A stretch of DNA of 63,997 nt, filler included, from Lenisia limosa (GCA_001655205.1; 14 parts of 14 records of this genome joined end to end with filler, not necessarily neighbours in it), one strand, 5' to 3'; positions 36,302 through 49,055 are shown, numbered from the whole stretch's first letter. Translations and numbers: made by a program. Notes: generated by a model from the sequence alone, not told the origin.

Positions 36302-36998
36302 ATGTCAAAACTGAATTCTGAGTCATTGAAATCAAAAATTGAAGAGGTTGAATGAGAAAAATAACCTAGCTTTTAGAGTTCAGCTCGCAGAAAAAGAGAG
36401 GGTTTTTGGAAACTGTTGAACTTCAGGTGACGCTGAAAGGGTATGACCCTTCTAAAGATAAGCGTTTCAATGGTACTGTTAAGCTTCCAAATATCCCGCG
36501 TCCACAAATGAAAGGATGCATGCTTGGTGATGCTGCGCATTGTGATGAAGCTGCTGCTCTAGGAATGCAATTTAAATCTGTTGAAAACTTGAAAGCCTTT
36601 AACAAAAATAAGAAAGTAATTAAAAAATTCGGTTTTTAATAATGTTATAATTTGCCAAGTCATTTGACTTTTTTGTTGCTTCTGATAGTCTTATCAAAAT
36701 GGTACCTCGTCTCCTTGGTCCTACCCTTAATAAACTTGGAAAATTCCCTGTACCTGTCTCTCACAATGAAAAACTTGAAGAGAAGGTCACAGAGATTAAA
36801 TCAACAGTCAAGTTCCAATTAAAGAAGGTTATATGCCTAAATGTGGCTATTGGAAATGTGTCAATGGACTCTGATGATCTGTTGGATAATGTTCGTCTTG
36901 CTGTAAATTTCTTGGTTTCTCTTCTTAAGAAGAACTGGCAAAACATTGGCAAACTTTATCTTAAATCAACAATGGGCCCTTCAATCCAAGTATATTAG
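36302..36998 (+). CDS. RPL10A: 60S ribosomal protein uL1 (L10a) with two 23-nt introns
   Basis: [15 protein letters not shown]|[40 protein letters not shown]...[10 protein letters not shown]|[23 protein letters not shown]...KFQLKKV...[12 protein letters not shown]...LKSTMGP. Introns are 36347-36369 (GT..AG) and 36632-36654 (GT..TG). Confidence 0.96.
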
Positions 36999-37103
36999 TT
37001 TGTATATATATATCTTGCCGACCATTCAAACTGCGTCGTTTTTGCAAATTCTTCGCGCTATTTGTCACGTGCCTTCGGATATTGGTGAACAGTTGGTCCT
37101 CAT

Positions 37104-37163
37104 TGTAACCTCGTTGTGAGGAGGCGTTATTGTGTTCTGCACCCTCCTCACAACGAGGTTACA
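37104..37163. other. Perfect hairpin: 21-bp stem, 18-nt loop
   Basis: TGTAACCTCGTTGTGAGGAGG (37104-37124) is the exact reverse complement of CCTCCTCACAACGAGGTTACA (37143-37163). Confidence 0.95.
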
Positions 37164-38264
37164 CTGAAAGTTAAACGTTGTTTATGTACAGGGCAACCAT
37201 CCGCGTAGAACAAACTGCCTAGAAGCGGTCCCCAAATCCTCCCCTGCACCACTGCTCTCTTCACATCGAGATTCCATTTATATACAGAGAAAGTCACCAA
37301 TCAAGTCTAGTACATAGCTAATACTACAATATGATCATATATTTAACTATACGGTCGCAAAACTTATTCTTTCAAAAAATGTGATTTAACACGTGGTTAA
37401 AGCGTCTGACTCGGTTTCACTTCAATACTAATCACAGGGATCGATGCTGGGTTTCTGGGTTGTAGACTGTTTTTTTTTTTTTCTCTTCAAATATGGGAAA
37501 TACATCAGAGTACGCACTTAATTGTATCACAGTACGCACTTAGGAAAAATCTTGGTTATATTTATGCTAGCGTCATTTAATCCGATTTTTCCGATTATTT
37601 AATATTATTCAAATTTAGGAACACCTTTTTCTGTTTTTAACAAAAGTTCATTCTTGGTTTTTTGTTTCCTAGTTATGGTCTATTGTTGTGAAGAAAAAAA
37701 TGGATTGTTAAATTTCCACGCACCAAGTCGCTAAAGCGACATTTGGGTATGCTCCGAAAGGAGAGAGGTGTAATGACAAAATCAAGTTTTTACATAATAG
37801 TGATCTTGTTCACTAAATAAGAGGAGCTTAATATGAACCTTTTCGTAATTATATCACTGTATTTAAACATTAACATTTTAAAAATCAATAAAGGGGATTA
37901 GAACGGACCGAAATAACGTTATTAGAATATCATAAACGAATTGCGATAGCAGCGAAGTCTCACTTAGCAACTTCTCTTTTGGCTGCTTCGGCGTAACTAA
38001 NNNNNNNNNNNNNNNNNNNNNNNNNNNNNNNNNNNNNNNNNNNNNNNNNNNNNNNNNNNNNNNNNNNNNNNNNNNNNNNNNNNNNNNNNNNNNNNNNNNN
38101 NNNNNNNNNNNNNNNNNNNNNNNNNNNNNNNNNNNNNNNNNNNNNNNNNNNNNNNNNNNNNNNNNNNNNNNNNNNNNNNNNNNNNNNNNNNNNNNNNNNN
38201 NNNNNNNNNNNNNNNNNNNNNNNNNNNNNCCAGTAATTTTTCAGGATTTGCACAAATTGACTCT

Positions 38265-39799
38265 ATGTTCGTCTCCGTTTACGCTTCAAACCCGCCAAGC
38301 GTTGTTGCAACCTATCAACTTTCCCCCGACAGCGACAATGCCAAGGTTGTTCTGCAGTCATTTTTCCTTGCCCAAGACGAGTACACGGGAAACCCTGACT
38401 ACGGCAACTCTTCGGAGCACCAATTAAAGGACGTCTGTGGTCTCCAGGTTTGTCTGTTAAAATTAATTTGACTGGTATCCCTATTTTTTCTTCATCTTTG
38501 GAATCGTGCGATGATAATTCTTATTAGGAGCACGTCGACCCCCGTTCCCACTTTTTGGAATTTGACTTCTTGGTCAAGTCTATTGACGCTCTGCTTCCAA
38601 TCCTTAACGAGGCTTTTTGTGCTGATGGTTAGTTGATATAATATTTATGTTTTTTGTTATAGTAATCTTGTATATCAAATAAAACATATTGTTATAATAT
38701 CACCTTTCAGATGAAACAATTGAGTTTTCCCAAGATATTGCCCGTCGACTCCTGATAACTAAAGATGACGCGGACAAAAAGGCTCTCATGATAGCACATA
38801 CCCTTGAAGGGCATGAAATCCGCCTCCAAGAGTAGGCGAGAAACAGATCGCTCTTCATCTATGACATTTTTTTTTATATCTTCAGGTTTCTTCTTCGTGA
38901 TCTTTCAAAATATATCCAGGTTTCTCGATGCATCTGTGCGCTTCTCCGCATTTTGGTTGGTTTAGTTTCGTTNNNNNNNNNNNNNNNNNNNNNNNNNNNN
39001 NNNNNNNNNNNNNNNNNNNNNNNNNNNNNNNNNNNNNNNNNNNNNNNNNNNNNNNNNNNNNNNNNNNNNNNNNNNNNNNNNNNNNNNNNNNNNNNNNNNN
39101 NNNNNNNNNNNNNNNNNNNGTATGTTGTTTTTGATATTTGAATTTTGGCACAACGTCTTGTCGTATACATAATATATCATATATTTATCTCTTTATAGTG
39201 TCTCCAAAATTTGGTGTTACCTGACTGTCCTCTTCGGCTGCTACCGTCACCACCCCCGTCAAGCGTACCTACCATTTATCAAGAAGAACCAAGTAGCGAT
39301 GACCAGTCAGATTCCAATGAAGATGATGATGAAGATAAAGATGACCTCCCCCATGGTTTTGGCAATCCTCGTATTATCACCAACATCGTTTCTTCCCCGC
39401 TGGCGCCGAAGCCACCTCTTCCATTACGATGCCTGGCTCCTGAACCGACGCCCATTCGCAACCCTGATCATGTACAGCCACCGAAATTATGCTATCGCCT
39501 CGGACAAGAAATGTTCCAAAACATGAGTATGAGTGCCACGACAGAGCTAATATGTTCAATCCAAGGAGAAAGAATGTGGTTACTTGGTCGGTTCCTGTGG
39601 ATAACAGCAAGTTTTGTCCCTGATATTTTGCGAGTTTTTGCCTTTACTTTAGTTGAAGAACGAAAGAAAATCCACGCTGCCCTGGCAAAGGCCAGGTCAA
39701 TGCCAAATGGAATTTACCACCTATACAATGCGTCTCCTAGTGATATTGCCGATATCAAACGTCGAAAGACCAACCTCGATAAGGTTCTTCAAAAAACCA
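38265..39799 (+). CDS. Exons of a hypothetical protein
   Basis: ...SDNAKVVLQSFFLAQDEY...KDVCGLQ|EHVDPRSHFLEFDFLVKSIDALLPILNEAFCAD|DETIEFSQDIARRLL..., then a ~200-codon exon from 39199 (CLQNLVLPDCP...). Introns are ~70-90 nt. Confidence 0.55.
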
Positions 39800-41023
39800 N
39801 NNNNNNNNNNNNNNNNNNNNNNNNNNNNNNNNNNNNNNNNNNNNNNNNNNNNNNNNNNNNNNNNNNNNNNNNNNNNNNNNNNNNNNNNNNNNNNNNNNNN
39901 NNNNNNNNNNNNNNNNNNNNNNNNNNNNNNNNNNNNNNNNNNNNNNNNNNNNNNNNNNNNNNNNNNNNNNNNNNNNNNNNNNNNNNNNNNNNNNNNNNNN
40001 NNNNNNNNNNNNNNNNNNNNNNNNNNNNNNNACAGCACCAGTAGCGTCCTGGGACCACCAACAGTTTATGGGAATGTCGCCAGATGGACTCATCTTGGAA
40101 AATGAGCGACTGTGGATTGTTGAAGCAAAGTGCCCACCTCTGAGGAAGCTATCACCNNNNNNNNNNNNNNNNNNNNNNNNNNNNNNNNNNNNNNNNNNNN
40201 TTAATTAATTAANNNNNNNNNNNNNNNNNNNNNNNNNNNNNNNNNNNNNNNNNNNNTTAATATGAAGGTAACTGGGGATGTGACAACCCATATCAACACC
40301 CCTCACTGGGGTGGTGTAATTGGCTTGAACTGGACTGATGGAAACAATCAATGCGGGAAGAAGGGAGCCCTAGACGAATTAATTGAGTACTTATAAATAA
40401 TGAAATCTGCAGATACAATATTGAATTACTGTAATTCAGAGCTACGCAAAGAAGAAGAAGAAGAAGAAGAACACGTAGAACAACAACAACAGCGCATCAA
40501 AAAGCATCTCTCCCCCCCCAACCAGAGTTGAAACGTCGTTTGTTTGCGAAAGTTGATTGCCACTCCAACTCCCGCCCAAGCAGCGAAGCCCATCTAAGAT
40601 ACTACGGAGGGGGGGGGGGGGGNNNNNNNNNNNNNNNNNNNNNNNNNNNNNNNNNNNNNNNNNNNNNNNNNNNNNNNNNCTATTCGGAAAACGTTGTGTA
40701 TAAAGTGTGAAAAACATGGGAAGGAGGATATGAATGAATTAAAATAAGGAAATTTTTTATGAGCGGAAAATGACAATTACAATCCAAATAATCTGAATGG
40801 GGGGCATGTGAATGTTCGAGTAAATCCACCAACAAGTAGGGTCCTTGTGTCTTGTGCGTCTCCTTGAATTCGTCCATAAAAAGCCTAGTAGAATGGCAGG
40901 GCTGGTTCAACTGAAGGCAAATATCAGCGCGAAGGGCGGAAATGTGCCTAATGAGTGAGTCGATGGATGGTTGTTATTTTGCTTCATTTCGGTTCAAAAA
41001 GACAAAATTGTCGAAGATACACA

Positions 41024-41102
41024 CAGTAACCAGGATAAGTGTTGACCGGTTTGCCATACAATTTCCCCAAGGAAAATCGGTCAAGACTTATCCCGGTCAC
41101 TG
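41024..41102. mobile_element. Tc1/mariner-like MITE copy
   Basis: cagtaaccaggataagtgttgaccgg...tcggtcaagacttatcccggtcactg-ta. Confidence 0.8.
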
Positions 41103-42039
41103 TATATATAATACTATGATATATGTATACCCCCCCCCCCCNNNNNNNNNNNNNNNNNNNNNNNNNNNNNNNNNNNNNNNNNNNNNNNNNNNNNNNNNNN
41201 NNNNNNNNNNNNNNNNNNNNNNNNNNNNNNNNNNNNNNNNNNNNNNNNNNNNNNNNNNNNNNNNNNNNNNNNNNNNNNNNNNNNNNNNNNNNNNNNNNNN
41301 NNNNNNNNNAACAGATAATATCATATCTATTGGTGATTATATAACCGAATGATGAACGAAAGGTTCATCCCGAGTGTTCATTGAGACTTGCCGCTAAATT
41401 TTCAAACGAGTTGGTATGAGGTATTATATGTATCATTGCGTGGAAAATGATACACGTGTGAAAATGACCCAAAAAGTGACATGAGAAAAGCCATATTAAC
41501 AACAAAAACAGCAAAAACAGTCCTGATTCATACGCTTCTCGGCTGTTCAGCGGTTCGTCTGATATAGGGAATATCCGGGTCCAATTCCCGGCCGCACGAA
41601 TCAGGCAAGTTCCCCGGACGGAGTGTGGGTGGCACCGGACATNNNNNNNNNNNNNNNNNNNNNNNNNNNNNNNNNNNNNNNNNNNNNNNNNNNNNNNNNN
41701 NNNNNNNNNNNNNNNNNNNNNNNNNNNNNNNNNNNNNNNNNNNNNNNNNNNNNNNNNNNNNNNNNNNNNNNNNNNNNTTGTGGACAACTATCCCTTTTAG
41801 GAAGGCTCAGTTCCGGACTTACCATATCCGGCAACTAAGGCGTGTGCAATATCCATCAGTAAGTTCGAAGGTTGGCCCTAAGAGCGGTAAAAATGGCTAA
41901 AAAAAAATGTGAAAAAGCGTCTTTACCTGTTAAATAAAAACGTCAAAAAAAGAAAGACTATTATTTGATTCAATAACAAGAAAAACCACCCCTCCCCTCC
42001 CGCAACGCTTTTAATTTGATTGAGGTCATGCGTGCAGCG

Positions 42040-45000
42040 TGCAAGAACTGCGCGTAAGGCGGCAACTTCCTTCTAAATGGCGTGAAGAGTTGATCATACT
42101 AAAAGCAAGGTGTGTGGGATCATATGAAAAGGGTACACATTACATACAACATAATATCAGCTACATAGTTTTCAATATCTTCCCAGCAAAACCATTCAGG
42201 TTATTATATCATCTGAAGATGCAAACATACATCCATAAACAGCAAAGTACACGACCTATTAGTCTATAAAGCCACACCAACCCTGAGAGACAGTGTGATG
42301 AAGGGCCAAGATTCCTCCATAAACAATGGTGGCGGCTTTGGTAAAGTCCACAGAAGTTCGGTTGCAATGGTGGAGAGGACTGGGGGGGAGTAAAATTGGA
42401 CAATTGATGAAACAAATCAAAAGGAAATGGAAAATGATTATGATGAATGAAATTCAAACCTGAGGTGAAAGCGGGGGTCCAATCGGGCATTTTGGGGCTG
42501 CATGCAGCAAGGAGAAGATTGGTGTGTACAAGAGGTGCTGTTCTAAAGGGGTTAGTGGGCGTTGTTTCTTTGTTTCAGCAACTTTTGTCCAACAAGAATA
42601 ACATTTTAACACCAATAACAATCTTGAACTTGTGAAAATGTCGTTATCCAATCTGTAACATAATCTTAGCGTAAAAACATATCTTAATAGTAAATAATTT
42701 TGTCTCTAAAAGCATAGCATAATATTACAGTATCATCTTACACTAGCAACAGTATCTTACATTTTCAACGGGCTTCCGGCTTCGAATGTAATTTGCATGA
42801 GAGCGGGTTTCCAGGCCTCTGCCACCACTCCAGGTCCGGTCTGGGGGGGGGGGGNNNNNNNNNNNNNNNNNNNNNNNNNNNNNNNNNNNNNNNNNNNNNN
42901 NNNNNNNNNNNNNNNNNNNNNNNNNNNNNNNNNNNNNNNNNNNNNNNNNNNNNNNNNCCTGTGAGAGTTCCACTGCTTTGGTGATGAAGGTGTCGAGTGG
43001 CGATGACGATTTGATTCCTTCGGGGTAAGGATTGAAATGCCGATATCTGAATGTTGCGCAATATCCACTAGTGAGATGATCATATGACCGACTTTCGAGT
43101 AGAAATGTTGTCACTAAGGCTTCACTTCGGCTGGGTAAAATATCGATAGTTTTTCAGGATTTATCGAGAAATTCAGTCCTTTTTCAAACCGAAGTGAAGC
43201 CCTGGTTATCACTGACGGTTTGCCCCGTGTAAAATGAAAATGAACCCAAAAAGTGATATGATAGTTTCTGTGTCCTGAAGTACCCCCTTATAGCTCCAAC
43301 ACCAACCTTCTCTAGACCCCCACATCCCCTTTAACCCCTCTTTACAAATCTAGCTCTATAGGATGAAATGCTCCTCCCTTATAATCCCTACCACTTGGGC
43401 TTTCCTACGGTCCCAAAGAAAGACTTAATTTCCCAATAAATTCTCAGATATCGATATTTATCGATATTTTTCCGGTCTTTTTCGGACCTTAGGGAAGCCC
43501 TACCTCCACCAAAAGTGTTTTCATATCATATGATATTATGACTATTACTAAGCTTTCTCTAGTTATATGTTCAGTGTTGATAATTGTTTTTGTTTGTTTT
43601 TGCCTTTTGGGCTTTTGTTCAAACAGTTTTCCAATTTTACCCCCCCCCCCNNNNNNNNNNGTTCTTCGAGTCTTACTTTGGCCGAAAGTTGGACTACCGT
43701 GCAATGGCTGAGGGGCTATGTGGGGAGGGGGGGGGAGTAAAACGAAGGAAATGCCGATGAATAATATTGGCGTAAAGGGACTAGTCACGAACNNNNNNNN
43801 NNNNNNNNNNNNNNNNNNNNNNNNNNNNNNNNNNNNNNNNNNNNNNNNNNNNNNNNNNNNNNNNNNAATCTGAAACTCCAACAAAAAACAAAAAAAAAAA
43901 CAAGCAATACTAACACGAGCAACAAACGCTGTAAAATGTATTGATGGTTATGGCGGGGGAAAGTTGGCAAAATTGGAAAATGAATTGTTGTGTTGGGGAC
44001 TCAATTTGTCAATTTCTCAGGTTATTCTAACGCCGACGTTAAAAGTCATTGTAGTGGACTAACTTTGACCCATTAGGGTTGTTTAATTCTAAAACACTCC
44101 ATATGTTCACCATAGTCTGTTTCAACGACAGCTAGTAAAAATGACAGGGTGCCCTGAAAGTTACAATTCCCTTAATAGGAATAGACCCCCTCAATTATTA
44201 AAAATCTTTTTTGATGGGGGGTACAACACTCAAAATCGTCTCATACCATTTGGGGGGTCTGCGGAGGTGGGTGTTATATTGTGCAGACCAAGTGACTGTG
44301 AGGCCTGTGGGAGAAGAGGGAGTAAAAAGAGCTGGTCCTTGTATTGGAAATATGTGAAGGACGTGTAAGAAGACGGATTTTTGAGGGGGGAGCTTTCATT
44401 TGAGAAGAAAAAGAGATGAAATTCTATAATTACCCCACCCCCCAACTTGATGTGCTGGTGAGGCTAAAATAACAGCCTCCCTAAAATGTCACTCAAAAAC
44501 ACAACAAAACTTGCCAAATAAGGAGAGGAGTTTCATTAAAAAGTAAAGAAAAAGAATTATAGTACTTTCCGTATGAGGAAACTTCCTGTGTGACTATGAA
44601 CCCCAGTCCTACCGAACGATCTCGAAAAGTTGTTCGGCAATTGGTGGAGGCAGGCCTGTGCATGCAACAGATAGCGCCCATCTAATGCTATCAGAAACTT
44701 CTACTTATTATATGTAGTAAACTTTAACAGTGTGCGCTGTTTTAGATAGGCGTCATACTACATCCACCAGATAATCCTAAATAAGCAAGCCACCAATATT
44801 GGTCAAGCTACCCTTTCCTTCCATATTACGTAAGTCACCCCCATATTAGGCAAGTCACCCCCAACCTCAGCGATCGATCATCATCACCCAATTCAGCTAT
44901 GTCACAGAGTTGGGTAATCTGAAAAGTGAATGAAAAAGACCGTTATCAGAACTTCCCACTAATAGCATTCATATTAGGACACGCCCATCCAAGCATCTAG

Positions 45001-46327
45001 TATAAATATTATTAAAAGGGTTGAAAGGGTTGAGAAGTTTCCATCTGAAAGTGACTGAAGCGTAATACACCTGCTGTTGTTGAGGTTCAAGCGAAAAAGA
45101 CCGTTATCAGAACCTCCCACTAATAGTATTCTGTTTCCCTCCCCCATCCCATCCAAGCATATGTGTATAGTGTATGATAAGTATACAGTAAAGTATGTAG
45201 ATCAAATAATATACAATAAAACAAGGTTGTATCTAGCCAAAGCCGTCCACACCATCACAATTATAAGACATATTGGATTGTAGTATCTGGCCGAANNNNN
45301 NNNNNNNNNNNNNNNNNNNNNNNNNNNNNNNNNNNNNNNNNNNNNNNNNNNNNNNNNNNNNNNTCAATCATTTGCCACAATGATAGGCAGACCGATCAAA
45401 TTCACCGGTTTGTTTCGAACCGAAGGCCTAATCCCCCACTTACGGAGGCATGGACCATGGGAGCGGAAGCAGGAAGCAGCAAGGTCCACTGTTCTGACCC
45501 GGACAAGGCTCGGAGTACCCGGGCACCCGGGGGTGTGGCGGCGGCTGCAAGGAGGGCACATGCCGTGATTCCCGCACTTCGAGCACCAAAACCGAAGGTC
45601 CTGGGGGGTGTATACGGTCAAACATAGGTCATGAATAGGAAATGTTTGAATAAAGATACCGCGGGAGGGCGGAAGGTACAGTAATGAAACAAAGAAAATC
45701 CAAAATTAAGGGTAAAATCCTCACCGTGGCGATGAGGCACTTCGAATTGCTGGGGGTACAAGGGAGGGGAGAACGGAGAGGAGGGCGTCTGCAACTGCCA
45801 TGCCGTTGAGACCGGAACGCGAGAGACCTACTAAATAAGGTAAAATACGGCAAGTTCCTCATCAAAAGAATACTAAGTAAGGAAAGTAACAGCCAATTTA
45901 GGCAGGTGTGAAAGGAGGGACCTACTAAATTAAGCAATTATCTGCAAAATAGCAAGTCCATCATAAAACACACCCACCAATAAACTCATCCTCGTCATTC
46001 GTGGGGAGGGTGGTGCTGTTTCAACACTCTCTCTATGAATCTAATATCCCATGTGTACATGTATACTTGTATGATATTTAGAGCTTTACTCCGAGCCAGG
46101 AAATGACCGAATTTCTCGATAAATCCTCGATATATTTCGATAAATCATCGCTAGATTTCGATAGCTTGCCGGTCTTTCTCGGACAGGAGTGAATTAACGA
46201 AACATATTACACGCATATCCCCCCCTCACCGCCAATATCAAACTCGTCATCCTCATCATTCGTGGGAAGGGTGGTGCTGATGGTGTCGTTGGTGCCTATC
46301 AAAAGCGGTAGGGCGGCAGTTTCAAAA
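42040..46327 (-). CDS. Exons of one or more hypothetical proteins
   Basis: Phase-consistent joins TGPGVVAEAWKPALMQITFEAGSPLK|ITAPLVHTNLLLAACSPKMPDWTPAFTS|VLSTIATELLW... (GTAAG donor, CTAAC branch) and FETAALPLL...DEFDIG|VGLSRSGLNGMAVADALL...|RTFGFGARSAG... Continuity between the two clusters is unproven. Confidence 0.5.
43117..43202. mobile_element. MITE family A copy
   Basis: aggcttcacttcgg...ccgaagtgaagccc. Confidence 0.85.
43397..43500. mobile_element. MITE family A copy (second subfamily)
   Basis: gggctttcctacggtcc...cggaccttagggaagccc-ta. Confidence 0.8.
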
Positions 46328-47748
46328 CTAAGCAGGAGGGGGGGGGGGNNNNNNNNNNNNNNNNNNNNNNNNNNNNNNNNNNNNNNNNNNNNNNNNNNNN
46401 NNNNNNNNNNNNNNNNNNNNNNNNNNNNNNNNNNNNCAACTCTGTTGGCTGGCAAGAACAAAAAAAAAGCCCAGGCCAGTCTTCTGCAGTGGGTAGGAGG
46501 AAGAGCGGGGTATAGGGTATACGTATAGAATATGCATACTACATTGAATATAATATTATCTAATTTATTAGCTTCTACGTCATACAATTTCCAAATAGAT
46601 AATAAAATAGTGATAGTATCCTAGTATCCTAGCATCCCCGTATCCCCGCCGACTGGGGGGTCCAACTGCGAAGACAAACTTTGAGGGCCCTCGACATAAT
46701 CCTAAATAATCATGGGGGGGACATAATCCTAATAATATATTGGAGTACCAGCATAATTCCTCCCCCCCCCTCCACAAATAAAATATCAAAACAAGCAATA
46801 ATAAAATACGCAAAAAATATATAAATGTGCATGGTATGTGATAACCATAATTCTAAGCCCTACAAAGGGTCGACAGAGAAGTCTTCGTTGGTGACGATGA
46901 AAAGCCTGAAGTTTTGGGGGGAGGCTACTTTCTTGTCGCCTTTGGGGTAAGGGGAAATGGAGGGAATGGGCAAAGGACGTCAAATGTGTTACTATAGAGT
47001 TGATGATAGGGACGTTCCTTCCTCCATCATTCCTATCTCCCACTACTAGGAACCGAAAAAGACTGATAAAATATCGATAGTTTTCGAGGATTTACAAGAA
47101 ATTCAGTCTTTTTTTCAACCGAAGTGAATCCCAACCCATGACAGAATGATATGGACCCTTCTTCCTCATCAATCATTCGCATAGTGCCAGAACCTCCTTC
47201 CCCTTCCCAAATACAGTTTAAATCTCGTCCCATGCACATACAGATTATTCATACACACACACATATATATTATTCACACAGATACCCAGATCATTCACTT
47301 ACAGATACAGATTTTTCAGACACCCACACTCAAACCCCCCACAGGTNNNNNNNNNNNNNNNNNNNNNNNNNNNNNNNNNNNNNNNNNNNNTTAATTAATT
47401 AANNNNNNNNNNNNNNNNNNNNNNNNNNNNNNNNNNNNNNNNNNNNACAGAGAAGGAAATTTCCCACACACACACATAAACCAATATTACACCACCCCCC
47501 CACAATTTGGAAATGGTCCGTTTTGTGCGCCAAAACGTTCTCGTAAAAGTCATGGTTAGCTGCAGAGGGTTTGGGCGGCACTTTCGGCTTCTTCTCCCTC
47601 TAGTATTGTTAACAGGAAAACTAAAGCTGTGCAATTAAGTTCAGGGAAGTTGACAAATGAACTTGCTTTCAGATACACAATGTCCCACTTCAAATTTGAA
47701 ATGAATTGCTCGAAGTCTGAACGAGGGTACATTGATACAAAATAAGTA

Positions 47749-48011
47749 GGACTTCTCTACGGTCACAAAAAAGACTGAATTTCTCGATAAATCTAGATAC
47801 TTTGACGGTCTTTTCGGACCGTAGGGAAGCCCTAAAAATAACACACTGGGCATAATTCGGGTTGATCAGGATTAACATGAATTAATACAGATTTTCTAGA
47901 ATCCAACCTCTTTGATATTGTATTATAGTTAGGGCTTCACTTCGGTTCCAGTAAATCGATAATTTTCGAAGATTAATAGAGAAATTAAGTCTTTTTTCAA
48001 ACCGAAAGTCC
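47749..48011. mobile_element. Two MITE family A copies (47749-47832 and 47932-48011)
   Basis: ta-ggacttctctacggtc...gaccgtagggaagccc-ta and ta-gggcttcacttcggttc...aaccgaaagtcc-ta. Confidence 0.8.
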
Positions 48012-49055
48012 TAATTATAGCCTACCATAAATTCACCCAATCTTTCACCTTACAACTCTGTGTTCATCTCCCTAGCATACCTTTGGCATAGAAAGTTCTT
48101 CGTCCAAGTCATGTCCCTGCACAAATCTATAAAGGTATTAGAAAAAATCTTATGTCTTTATGGTACGTAATACATATATATATATCATATATATCTAGAT
48201 ATATATAGTATATAACAAAACAAATCCTCGAAAACTATTCGTCCTGAAGTGAAGCCATATTAGAACTCAATAAATCTATAAATGTATGAGCTGAACAACC
48301 CTACAAGGTATTAGAAATAGAGTTTCACCCCCCCCCCTCCCACGAATGCTCCAAATCATTAAGAAAGTGTTTTCGGATTTTCGGAGGAGCCGGCGCTGCA
48401 CCTGGAAATGCGCCGATTGCGGTTGTCTGGCGGGAGAGGGAGGAAGTAAAACGAAAGAACTGTCAATGAAAAATATTGGCGTGCGGGGGGGGGGGGGGNN
48501 NNNNNNNNNNNNNNNNNNNNNNNNNNNNNNNNNNNNNNNNNNNNNNNNNNNNNNNNNNNNNNNNNNNNNNNNNNNNNNNNNNNNNNNNNNNNNNNNNNNN
48601 NCCTACCTGTAACCACTCATCGCGATTGTAGTCTTTTTGGCTCCACTGTGCCTTCATTGCACCCCTAGATTTGATTTAGATTTAATGTAAAACCCCGAAT
48701 TTTTTATTAGATTTAGGGGGAAACACAGATTTATTTAGATGTCATATAAATCCCCCAGATTTGATTTAGATTTAATGTCAATTTGAAACCGAAAGTAAAA
48801 ATATCAACACTAGTTTTCAATCCCATCATCATCCACCTCCCTTCATACCTCCTAAGCCCCATAATCTTATATACCCCCCCCCCCNNNNNNNNNNNNNNNN
48901 NNNNNNNNNNNNNNNNNNNNNNNNNNNNNNNNNNNNNNNNNNNNNNNNNNNNNNNNNNNNNNNNNNNNNNNNNNNNNNNNNNNNNNNNNNNNNACTTGAG
49001 AAAGAGAAAATATATGATATCATTACAATTAGAGAGTTCCTCGAAATGTATCAAT

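Noticed and set aside
37700-37997. Non-LTR ORF1/endonuclease remnant (SYAEAAK...)
   Set aside because: Only a short motif resemblance, with no continuous reading frame.
45440-45610. ZZ-like zinc finger FWCSKCGNHGMCPPC in the ORF track
   Set aside because: The phase of the upstream exon (CG|G) selects another frame (RTFGFGARSAGITACALL...), so the Cys pattern is probably an off-frame coincidence.
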